Notes under the pieces: model-generated
Database searches by the model: none
Seen by the model: only the letters and a program-made list of their open reading frames with translations
Told to the model about the DNA's origin: nothing
Translations under genes and position numbers: made by a program
Assembly: GCF_001194135.2 (NCBI RefSeq)
Contig: NC_068991.1
Span: 79,589,172 to 79,639,910 of the forward strand
DNA from: Octopus bimaculoides
Taxonomy: Eukaryota
Reading direction: 5' to 3'
Length of the DNA stretch: 50,739 nt
In this document: positions 39,881-50,739 of the stretch, piece after piece
Numbering within the stretch: the stretch's first letter is position 1
Layout of the letters: every line of letters starts with the position of its first letter

Positions 39881-41058
39881 TATTCGCGATTATTGACATA
39901 AATCTATTCTTTTTCTTTTGTTTACTGCCTCTATGTTATCAGGTGCTCTACCTCATGAACAAAACAGAAAGCAAAATCATTTATCGGAATTAATGTTTTA
40001 AAGTGTGCCCTTTTCGATAGACTATTGAGATCCAACTATACTTGTCAATTTAAGTGGATATAGTTTAAATTTGTTTCCATCAACGCGTTATTTTCAGGTG
40101 AGCTCTGTGTTATGTCCTCGGAAAGCACTACATACACTATGATGTTATTTCTCACACTATAACCTATTGAACATTTTCACAAATTATAACCTGATACTGT
40201 GGAATTAATAGGCTTTCCATTTTGAAACAATACTTATTAATATATTTATTCCAATGATATCTTCAAGATTTAATTATTCTACGTCTAATTTTAACTTTAA
40301 ATGTCCCGGTACTTGAAAAATGAGAGTTTATTTTGTTTATTTTCATTACAACAGCAAATTTCTGGCTTATAAACAGATTTTTACAATCCATGTTTTCTTT
40401 TAGTTTGTGAGGATTTCATGAGACAACTGAACAGTGCATGGTTCTGTTATAACCATGGCAACACATGTGTCCAATTTTTACAAATAAATGAATTAACAGC
40501 TTCTGTTTTAATTTTTACCTACTCATTATCTTCGACATATGTTGTAGTGCGTCTTTAGGGTTCACAAATTACAATCTCAGTTGTTGTACCCCGTGATCAT
40601 ATGCATCAATTAGAGAACATAGATTTCAACGTCATTCTAAAGGTGCTGACATTATATATTTACACGTAGAACGAATGGTGCAGTTGACGATCCTCGGTTT
40701 CTCTATATAGTTTGATATTACTTGCGTGCATTATGTTAGAAGTTGTGTTGATGACAATTAGTGAGCACGTTCAACTTTCACAGGGATTTTATTAAAACCA
40801 TTAAATTCATAAAACGACAAATTAACTATTTTCAAATATGTTTTTTCAGTACCAATAATAACGACTCATTTAATGGTTTGATGCATAAGTGGACACCATA
40901 ATACTTCAGATAAAATATTGGTTTCTAAACGAGCAGTGAAAATTACAATGCACTTATACGCAGAAACTTTAATGCTAGAGTAATAGATGAAGACAAAATC
41001 CCATTCCTTCTGAGCTTTGATAAAGATAATACAGCTAAAAGAAAACTTTATATTATGA

Positions 41059-41110
<52 letters not shown>

Positions 41111-42151
41111 CAACTAAAAAAAATTATATTATAATTTAATCTTCTGATATGCACCTAGTTAGAAATGTGGTGCGATAAATCGAAGGCGTTTGCATTCAGT
41201 AATCATAATATAAAATTTGAATATGATAAAGATGAGTTCTGGTGGTCTTCATGTAAGTTGCTGCTGTTATTTTCAACGTTCTAATTGTTCGCAACTTTAT
41301 AAAGCGATAGTGAATTATTGCCGATATTACAGCCACAGTTCACTGAATTTACTATATGTTAATTCGAGATTTTACTATGTGAATGTCATTATAAGAAATA
41401 TATAATATCTCATAGTGAATTAGTTTCATATGAATTGAAAATCAGCACATTATCCAATACGTAATTAAAATAATAACTATTATATTAATCCAATTTCCAA
41501 AATCTTAACCAACGGAAGATAATTAACGGTGCTAATAAAACTGATGTGAATTACAGAATAATATATTGGCATCCGACAAGAAGATTCGACAAATGGCTGT
41601 AGTTCTTGTTTCAGGCTATTCCTCTTTTACACTTAGCCAAATGTATTTATATCGAGAATTCCTTTCGCAACTATCCTATTACTTTACATTGGCATATTTC
41701 ATCCAATAAAAATGTGTGACTTGAGGCTAAAGTAGATTAACCGCATGTTTATAGAATGCAAAGTATATTGCACTGGTGAAGTGTTGTCTGCGTGTGAGTG
41801 TGTGGGTGTATACCTTCATGTACATACATATTTATATATATTTACACGCACACACACACACATACACATACACATACATACATATATGCGAACTTAAAGT
41901 TAGTTAAAATGTGTTCGTAACATTTGAACGGCTAAAGGCAAATTCACTGCAGTTACGTGGAGAAAGAAATCTCTCTTATGGTAACAAAAAGGTGTGACAA
42001 CACCACATCTGTCCAGTGCTGTCACCTGCCGGATTCCTAGACATCGATGCTTCTAGCTTCTTAACCGTTATTAATGGGAAATGCCGAAAAGGCAACATAT
42101 TTGAACAAAGCTAAAGTTCGCTTGGCGCTGATACATTCATGAATGTACATA

Positions 42152-42372
42152 CTAAGTATGTTCAAAATGTAACCATCTCTATTTTTACCACCAAAACTAA
42201 TGACACGTAGGGGAGGAAATGGTGCTACCGTTCGAACGTATATGAGAAAACTTTCGCGTCGGTGGATCAGATCAGTTTCCTGCTGTTACGCCGAGAGTGC
42301 AGACGTGTAGTACGCTCTCGTCGGATTTTCGTTTTCAAACAAGATCATCAAATGCCTCGATCAGAGACCATA
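42152..42372 (+). mobile_element. Mariner 5' end (TIR plus leader), plus orientation
   Basis: TA then CTAAGTATGTTCAAAA. The leader shares caaaactaatg, gaaactttc, tcagtt.cc.gctgttacgc, cagacgtgt and gattttcg with the reverse complement of 42800-42958. Confidence 0.65.
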
Positions 42373-42958
42373 AACCCATGTTTCATCGGGAGTGAAGATG
42401 GTTTTCATAAAATTTGATTCGTGGTTTTCACAGCATGTCCTGAGGAATTTACTTGCCGAGTTACTTCTGCTGCTCCGCCAGCTTCTTGGTGATGAATTTG
42501 GATGACACCTTCTGCACTCACTGATTCTGCGCTTATTCCAACTTCATGAGCAATTACCTGAATTGTTTCACGGTAGTCATCCATGACTATTTGCCGACCC
42601 TTCTCCATCGGTTCCTTGTTTCGGCTTCTCAACGGCCAGCCTGAACATGACTCTCTCTCTCTCTACTGAGGTGCGGTTATACTTGGAACTGCTCCAGCTG
42701 CTTTTTGCCAATGACGTCGTCGTCAGAAATTTGCTGAATCTTTTAGATGGTTTTAGCTTGAGCATCACCGGGCTTTTGGTGATACTCTGCCCGATACGTT
42801 CGGTAAATCCGAAAATCTGGCGAGCGCACACAACACGTCTGTGCTCTACGCGTAACAGCCGGGAACTGACGTGGCCTAGCGGTATGAAAGTTTCCATGCA
42901 TGCGCAGGAAGTGTGGCGTCTTTTCTCACACGGCATTAGTTTTGGCGGACACACTTCG
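42365..42958 (-). pseudogene. Mariner 5' half with decayed transposase N-terminus
   Basis: TA at 42959-42960 then CGAAGTGTGTC on the minus strand. Decayed frames give ..TIQVIAHEVGIS.., VSSKFITKKL and NFMKTIFTPDETWVYG (first catalytic D). Confidence 0.85.
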
Positions 42959-43239
42959 TATATATATTACAAAGGTGGTTTGTAATACACGGAGATAATT
43001 AGTGAACAAGCTGGATCACGTATTAAAAATCTAACATTGAACGCGGGAGGAGGGAATCTAGACCAATAAGTCTTCGTTATAGGGAATACAACAGTGGAGC
43101 TAATGAGAAGAATGAAATGATAGAAAGCCGGTTGCTATGGGCGTCAATGTTTTACAGAAGTGTTTATAAAATGTTCTTCTGCTTGACTATACAAACACAC
43201 ACACATTCACACACACACAAGCACTTATATATATATGTT

Positions 43240-44232
43240 AAATAAAATAAGGTAACAAGGCCAAGGAAATTTGATATTCCTAGGATATTTATAAATAGAA
43301 AAGTAGTCTTACAGCTGTTTCAGGGAAATAAATGATATCCCATCATCAGAGACAAGTTAAAAGAGTTTCAATAGAAGGAATTAATAGAATTCATCTTTTT
43401 AGAAGTTATTCTGGAGAGGGAGAGATATAAAAGAAATTAGATATTAATGCAGAAAGTATAAAAGGAAAAGATGAAGATAAAAATACATGTTGGATGTTAA
43501 AGTTGCTGTTCCATTATCCAAGAAATCTGTTGTGTAGAATGGGTAAAGAAGCTTCGTGTCCATGATGTGTAAAGTCCGATAAGAATTCATATGTTGTTAT
43601 TTCAAAGAACAGTTTGCAGATATTAATTCCATGTGTTGTTCATTCAAAGGTATCTTGTAGCATAAATGAATTTTGAGAATTATACTGGTAAGAGGAAGTA
43701 GATAAAAAAAGAAATGAATAGGTGAGAATATTAGAAGGAATAAAGAAATATGTATCGGAGAGAGTGGTGGTATTCATAATGGGTAGATTAAAGGTAGGGA
43801 AAGAAAAAGAAAAAGGCAAAAGAGAAAAAGAAAAAAAGCAGTGCTAGATGCTGGTCAAGATAATATAAGGGAGTGAGGAGAGGAGAGCTATCGATAGATG
43901 AAAGGAATAGGGGAGGGATAGAAAGAAGAGATAAGAGGGTAGGAAAGGAGTATGTGTGAAGAGTTGCAGGTGTGAGAAGTTACAGATGCAGGTATAGTTA
44001 AAGAATGTAGTATAGAAGGGTGGATGGAGGTAGTAGATGTGAGTGGTAAACCTCGAAAAGGAAAGGAAGGGGATGAAATGATAAGGAAGAGTGCTATGAA
44101 TTAAGGGGTGAATGTGCAGGGATGAATGGTCAAGGTTCTAAAAATAGACGAAGGCATTTATAAGAAGTCAGAGAGTGTAGTAGCTAAAGTGAAGGCGGAA
44201 ATCTATTGTGGGTTCTGATAAATCATTGACAG
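43240..44232 (-). mobile_element. Decayed Penelope-like element 3' region ending in an HHR-bearing pseudo-LTR
   Basis: The minus strand is C/T-rich with decayed frames (LPLTSTTSIHPSILHS; IMEQQL) loosely resembling PLE linker and GIY-YIG C-terminal sequence. A well-formed HHR lies near the 3' end. The protein match is weak. Confidence 0.5.
43306..43353 (-). ncRNA. Minimal type I hammerhead ribozyme
   Basis: Minus strand GTCT CTGATGA T-GGGA TATCATTTATT TCCC-T GAAAC AGCT GTA AGAC. All core nucleotides are present, stem I is 4 bp, stem II is 4 bp, stem III is the palindrome ACAGCTGT and the triplet is GUA. Confidence 0.85.
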
Positions 44233-44652
44233 AAAGAAAAAATATGTATATAGATATACACATATATATGCACCTGCGCACACGCAAGCATATATATGTA
44301 TATATATATGCACATGTGTATACACCAGCATACTCATGCATATATATACATATATATCGATACCTATATATATACACACACACACACACACACATACGAA
44401 AAATAGAAGTTGAAAATGCACTTAGAATAGTTAAAATATTTTCATTAATATATTTTATTAATATATTTCACAGTTTACACTGATTTTCAAAAGGTTCAAA
44501 TAAAAAGACATGGATTATGTCTCAGCTGTCTTGCTTCCGCTTTTCTTTATTTAGCACGCAGGCCATAACATAGAGGGGACAGCACAAGAAGAGACAAGAC
44601 ACTATTGTGCGGACATAAAACATAAAACGAATGGAAAATGAAAAAAAAATGT

Positions 44653-44719
44653 ATAATGAAATGATAATAAGGAAATGATAATAATGAAATGATAATAAGG
44701 AAATGATAATAATGAAATG
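44653..44719. repeat. 14-bp tandem repeat GAAATGATAATAA(G/T), alternating
   Basis: Units start at 44658, 44672, 44686 and 44700 and end in G, T, G, T. Confidence 0.9.
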
Positions 44720-46269
44720 GATGCATTGAACCCTCTCTCTGTTTATTTTTTGTCATTCCTTTCTTTTGAAGAGCGTAGGCTTGAAACGTAAAAGACTTTT
44801 CCAATTTTCTCGACCGCGTAAAATTAATACACTTGCTTGTTGATCATCTTACACCTGTCTTTGCTTTTTGTCTTTCTATAAATTTCAGCCATATATATAT
44901 ATATATATANNNNNNNNNNNNNNNNNNNNNNNNNNNNNNNNNNNNNNNNNNNNNNNNNNNNNNNNNNNNNNNNNNNNNNNNNNNNNNNNNNNNNNNNNNN
45001 NNNNNNNNNNNNNNNNNNNNNNNNNNNNNNNNNNNNNNNNNNNNNNNNNNNNNNNNNNNNNNNNNNNNNNNNNNNNNNNNNNNNNNNNNNNNNNNNNNNN
45101 NNNNNNNNNNNNNNNNNNNNNNNNNNNNNNNNNNNNNNNNNNNNNNNNNNNNNNNNNNNNNNNNNNNNNNNNNNNNNNNNNNNNNNNNNNNNNNNNNNNN
45201 NNNNNNNNNNNNNNNNNNNNNNNNNNNNNNNNNNNNNNNNNNNNNNNNNNNNNNNNNNNNNNNNNNNNNNNNNNNNNNNNNNNNNNNNNNNNNNNNNNNN
45301 NNNNNNNNNNNNNNNNNNNNNNNNNNNNNNNNNNNNNNNNNNNNNNNNNNNNNNNNNNNNNNNNNNNNNNNNNNNNNNNNNNNNNNNNNNNNNNNNNNNN
45401 NNNNNNNNNNNNNNNNNNNNNNNNNNNNNNNNNNNNNNNNNNNNNNNNNNNNNNNNNNNNNNNNNNNNNNNNNNNNNNNNNNNNNNNNNNNNNNNNNNNN
45501 NNNNNNNNNNNNNNNNNNNNNNNNNNNNNNNNNNNNNNNNNNNNNNNNNNNNNNNNNNNNNNNNNNNNNNNNNNNNNNNNNNNNNNNNNNNNNNNNNNNN
45601 NNNNNNNNNNNNNNNNNNNNNNNNNNNNNNNNNNNNNNNNNNNNNNNNNNNNNNNNNNNNNNNNNNNNNNNNNNNNNNNNNNNNNNNNNNNNNNNNNNNN
45701 NNNNNNNNNNTATATGTATATATATGTATGTATGTATATGCAGTGAGAGAGAGGGGGAAATTACGTAATTTTCATGGAAATCATTTCGTTCTGTGACGTA
45801 ACTGGACTTTTCATTAACGAGAACACGTTCGCACATATATCTTTCTGTATGTGTTTTAATTTTATATGGGTTTATTTCACCAAAAGTATATTGAGAACTT
45901 TTAATGATAGAATTGAGGAATCGACTACACTACAGCAATCGATAAAAAGCAGCACGGTTATAGATCGCTTAAGGGATATAAAATATGCATATAAAGATAG
46001 AACTAGGATCATGCAATGTGATAGTGCAGGTTTTAATCGCTCTGTATTAATATCCTTACCGTTTAATGCAAACGAGTTCGCTAAAATATATGTTCACATT
46101 ATAATGCATGAACGAAAGACCATTCGTTTAACTAAAAGTTCAGCATGGGTAAAAAATCTAATCACACACATTGTTTGATGTATCTATAGGATCTCATAAG
46201 AGTGCTATTTGTGATCTACTAGGTCTCTTTTTATTAGAAGTCTCTTCTTATGAAATACACTGCAATATA

Positions 46270-46621
46270 ATGAAGCAAAATATTAAAACTGAAGCATCCC
46301 AGAGATGGATCAAAAGGAAAATAGACAACGTGTCAAGCCTTGATTATTGAGATCGCCTCCAGAAACTCAAACTTTATTCCCACCAGAGTCACCATTAGCG
46401 CTATACGATTTGTATGATGTGGAAAATATTCCAGCATCACTGCTCAAATGATTTTGGCATCAACTTTAAACTTCACCCAAGGCTTGGTCCTGCTACTATC
46501 CGTCCACTACAGAAATCATGTCCGTGTCACATTAAAACACTGATATAGAACTACTTCACTAGAACTGGCTATGTTCTCTTTCAACATCATGCCAAAACAA
46601 ACAAAAAAAAGAAAAGAAACA
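46270..46621 (+). pseudogene. CR1/L2-group LINE ORF2 C-terminal remnant
   Basis: QRWIKRKIDNVSSLDY*DRLQKLKLYSHQSHH*RYTICMMWKIFQ...FKLHPRLGP matches the typical post-RT pattern Y.DRL..L.LYSL..RR.R....KI. Truncated by a gap. Confidence 0.75.
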
Positions 46622-47277
46622 NNNNNNNNNNNNNNNNNNNNNNNNNNNNNNNNNNNNNNNNNNNNNNNNNNNNNNNNNNNNNNNNNNNNNNNNNNNNNNN
46701 NNNNNNNNNNNNNNNNNNNNNNNNNNNNNNNNNNNNNNNNNNNNNNNNNNNNNNNNNNNNNNNNNNNNNNNNNNNNNNNNNNNNNNNNNNNNNNNNNNNN
46801 NNNNNNNNNNNNNNNNNNNNNNNNNNNNNNNNNNNNNNNNNNNNNNNNNNNNNNNNNNNNNNNNNNNNNNNNNNNNNNNNNNNNNNNNNNNNNNNNNNNN
46901 NNNNNNNNNNNNNNNNNNNNNNNNNNNNNNNNNNNNNNNNNNNNNNNNNNNNNNNNNNNNNNNNNNNNNNNNNNNNNNNNNNNNNNNNNNNNNNNNNNNN
47001 NNNNNNNNNNNNNNNNNNNNNNNNNNNNNNNNNNNNNNNNNNNNNNNNNNNNNNNNNNNNNNNNNNNNNNNNNNNNNNNNNNNNNNNNNNNNNNNNNNNN
47101 NNNNNNNNNNNNNNNNNNNNNNNNNNNNNNNNNNNNNNNNNNNNNNNNNNNNNNNNNNNNNNNNNNNNNNNNNNNNNNNNNNNNNNNNNNNNNNNNNNNN
47201 NNNNNNNNNNNNNNNNNNNNNNNNNNNNNNNNNNNNNNNNNNNNNNNNNNNNNNNNNNNNNNNNNNNNNNNNNNNNG

Positions 47278-47540
47278 GGACTGTACCCGGAACCATGTGG
47301 TTGGTATGCAAGCTACTTACCACACAGACAGCCACTCCTGCGCTTGTATATATATATACGACGGGATTTGTTCAGTTTCCGTCTACCAAATCCACTCACA
47401 AGGCATTGGTCGTCCCGAGGCTATAGTAGAAGACACTTACCCAAGGTGCCACGCAGTGGGACTGTACCCGGAACCATGTGGTTGGTATGCAAGCTACTTA
47501 CCACACAGACAGCCACTCCTGCGCTTGTATATATATATAC
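47278..47540 (-). mobile_element. SINE family B in tandem (one full unit plus a duplicate head, period 181 bp)
   Basis: The segments starting at 47278 and 47459 are identical over about 80 bp, including private variants (ggactgtacc, gtatgc, acagacag). Confidence 0.9.
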
Positions 47541-48889
47541 ATGAAAAGAAAACGAACTGTAAAGTGTAACACGTATCCAAAATCGGAGTCAGGTTTGGCT
47601 TCCGGAGTTGACTACAGTATCTAGTTTATTCGGACGCGAGCGTGAACCTCCCCGAAGAAATAATTATAAGCGGACAATTGGTATGCATTCAAATGTTTTG
47701 CGGGTCATCCACACGTTTCTGTAAAAAGAGTAAAATAATCATATTAGACATCTAAAAACATACATTCAATATGCATAAATTCATACGTAATACATACATA
47801 CATATATATGTGTATGGTGGGGTGCTTGTGTGTGTGTATGTGTGTTTGGTTATGCATGTATGTATGTATCGATGAATGCATGTATAAGAGAGTCCACTAT
47901 CGATTCCAACTTGGATTATTCCAGTCATGTGTATCCTCATTGTATTTCTCAGGCGAAATCATGATTTAGTGAGACGAGATTGTGTGTGTGTGTGTGAGCG
48001 TATCGAAAGAAAACACTGCGGCTTCTATTGAATTACTTGAATACGGGATTACGTGGATAGGGATTATGTTACCTTGCATTGAAAATAAAGAAATAATAAC
48101 ATTAATTTGGTACAAATCCGAAAACGTTTCACATAGAAAATATGACATTTCAATGCTGCTTCCATCGGTATCCGTGGCATTAGTAGAGAAATAGAAGAGA
48201 AACTGTTGGCAGACTTCAATCAAACAATGTGCATTGAGCTTTATAGCGGAACATTATCCGACTTGTAGAGCGTTATGATTAGTGAATAAGTTGCGTAAAT
48301 TTAACGGAGGGTATCACTGACCGTGACCTAGGTTCGTTAAATATTCGAAGCTTCTTAATTCTTGTTTTTTTTTTTAATATATGCACCTAAAGCTGAAGTT
48401 AAAGGAATGAGCGGTAGGTTTGTAATGAATCAATATTTGTGAATATGAAGCTTTTGTATATATCTACAAATAAATAAAAGATCTAAGTTTTCCCATTTTT
48501 ACAGAAAAACTACCGTGATATACGGAAATATTTCTATGTTTCTTTGGCTGGTAGGTGGAAAAATCGGTAGTTATGCTCAAACACATTTGGTTACCTTTTT
48601 CTACATCCGGGTTCCAAATTTCTCCCGCATTTAATTTTCCCCTTATAATTCTGAAGCTGATGAATTTACTGCAAATCTTTATATTCAAACAACACCCTAA
48701 GCGTTGTTGTTTTTGATCAAAAAATCTCAATTTTACGTGAACATGGCATACGTGACATAACTTAAGCGGTCTTTTGTAAGTTGCCGAAGATACTATCACA
48801 GGCAATTGTCCGTCGCATGACACCGAGGATCTGCGCCTCAAGTGCTCGCTAACCCGAGCCAAATTTTAAAGAGAAAAACAGTAACGTGT

Positions 48890-49150
48890 CATACAGTATG
48901 ATACTTAACTCCATATCATTGATGATGTCGATTGGAAGAGAAAGAAATTGAATGCTACTTGAAGTTTACGTCATTGCAGGACTTCCAACAAAATCGAAGA
49001 AAAAATCGGATTCCCTTAAAGAAACCTATTGCTTATGTGCAACAGACGAAATTTACTCCCAAATTTCATATATTTTTCAATCGTATTTTCCAAAAGAAGA
49101 CAAACTTATCGAGGCTTATTTGGTTCAGTGACGCACCAGAAACTAATTTT
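48890..49150 (+). mobile_element. Possible decayed Tc1/mariner-superfamily fragment
   Basis: ...NLSRLIWFSDAPE resembles the first-D motif IWFSDE. Nothing else confirms it. Confidence 0.25.
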
Positions 49151-50312
49151 TCTGTATGATATATTTATTAATTTAGACTAAATATTTGAAATTAAAGATA
49201 ATAGAATTTGTATGATAAAGGTTAAGTTGAAAATGAAATCAGTGGTTTTCATATCGTTAATAATAATTGATCCCATTGGTTACGATGCTAATTTCGAAAA
49301 GGCGATTCGAGAAAAACACGCCTATGATACGTCAGAGCGAATCGCTTGAAGAAATTCCAACAAATGTCACCGAAAATATTGGTGTGGAAAGAAAGCCTCA
49401 TTCTTTTTAATGATAAACTATATGAAAGTAATTTGGATACTGTTAGTCTTTCCAACCCAGTAGATTACCGGGTTCCCAACCACATCCCGTGTAAATGTAT
49501 TTATCAAATCTTCCGCTTAGACTCAACTCACAAATACAATACTATATATACTGACACAGTATTGTCTTTAAACATTTAAACTTTCACAAGAGTAACATAT
49601 TATACTGTTTCCAAACACGGCGATAACATTTCTTTAGAAGTGAAATAAATTAAATAGCATTTCGTGAATATATTAGGAGCCACATTACTGTGGTTTGAAT
49701 CCAAGTGAGAACGAACTGAAATATTCTCCACAGAATATTGTTCCTCTCTCTTCAACGTTACATTTTAAAGGAAATCATTTTATTCACATCATAACAATTT
49801 AAGAAGTCATAATAGCTTAAATAATTATTAACTTTCAAAAGGGTAAATGGCTACGTGTTCCATCAGTGTGAATATTTCATCAAAACTAACTTTATTAAAA
49901 CGCATTATTATAAATTTTAAATTAAGGATATGAAAATAATAATATCAAGCGTAAAAGCGAAAACAAATAACTATGTAAAGTTAATTAAATGAACGAAAAG
50001 TATTAATGTAGCAATTGCAGTTATGATAAATGTTGTTCTTAATTAGATATCATAGATTTATTACAAAAATAGACAAACGTTAAGCAGAAATATCCTTTAT
50101 TAATGGATATTCCGTAATTAGATTGTTAAGTTTTCTGATCGCATCAGAAATGGATTAATATCAACCCTTGTGAAAAGTAAGCTATGTAAAAAATTTTTAA
50201 CAAATATAATATCAAATTCATTGAATAATATTTGATATGTTTCAGAAATAGTAAATTATTGCACTTCAATTCATGCATACATAAATACATACCTATCTAT
50301 CTATCTATCTAT

Positions 50313-50739
50313 CTAAATTGTCGTGGCTAAATTGTCGTGGCGTCTCTTATATTCCTTCTGGGTTAGTGGCGTACATCGGCTGGTAATATGCCATTCGGTT
50401 TCACCGTTTTTTCCACAGATTCTGCACTTATCACTTTCTGCTGTGTTGTCTATTCTGTATTTTATGTAGTTTGTTCTTAGTGCTTGCTCTTGGGCAGCAC
50501 AGATTAGAGCCTTCGTTTCACTTTTAGTCATCCACAGTCATCTTTTTTCTCTGTCTGTCTTATCTTCATCATCCCTATGAAATTGACCATGCATTCTTTT
50601 CTTTACTCACCTATTTTCAGTTTCATTCGTTTTCAATTTCTTGTATAGTGCTTTATCTTTGCAATCTTTCATCCTACACAAGCCTGACCTTCCTACTTTT
50701 AATAATTGCGGTTCTGTAGCATTTTTTACATACCATTCT
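50313..50739 (-). pseudogene. R4/Dong-type (RLE) non-LTR retrotransposon fragment, post-RT region with CCHC knuckle
   Basis: KKRMHGQF...ETKALICAAQEQALRTNYIKYRID...CRICGKNGETEWHITSRC...EYKRRHD. Contains stops and continues beyond the window end. Confidence 0.85.

Noticed and set aside
1500-47569. Long ORFs in the supplied track that are mostly X (e.g. 1500-2081, 28004-28802, 35809-36735, 44833-45836, 46559-47569)
   Set aside because: They are artefacts of N-gaps and flanking (TA)n/(TG)n.

Overview
AT-rich, microsatellite-dense eukaryotic scaffold with 18 N-gaps, most abutting (TA)n or (TG)n. The repeat make-up suggests a coleoid cephalopod, probably Octopus; this is an inference, no search was run. 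I found no convincing host protein-coding exon, rRNA, tRNA gene or CRISPR array, so the window is probably intergenic or intronic. It contains many tRNA-derived SINE copies (two clear families and one tentative), four mariner remnants (one with both TIRs and TA TSDs), a Penelope-like (PLE) RT fragment, a decayed PLE 3' region, a CR1/L2-type LINE tail, an R4/Dong-type RLE retrotransposon fragment and a possible non-autonomous Helentron. The most notable signal is non-coding: several type I hammerhead ribozyme (HHR) motifs with a palindromic stem III. The best are 43306-43353 (minus) and 29788-29903 (plus). Both carry the 12-mer GAAACAGCTGTA, which also occurs next to a long hairpin at 31827. 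Degenerate HHR copies lie in a fold-back at 17221-17400 and at 133-178. All RNA folds were paired by eye and activity is untested.
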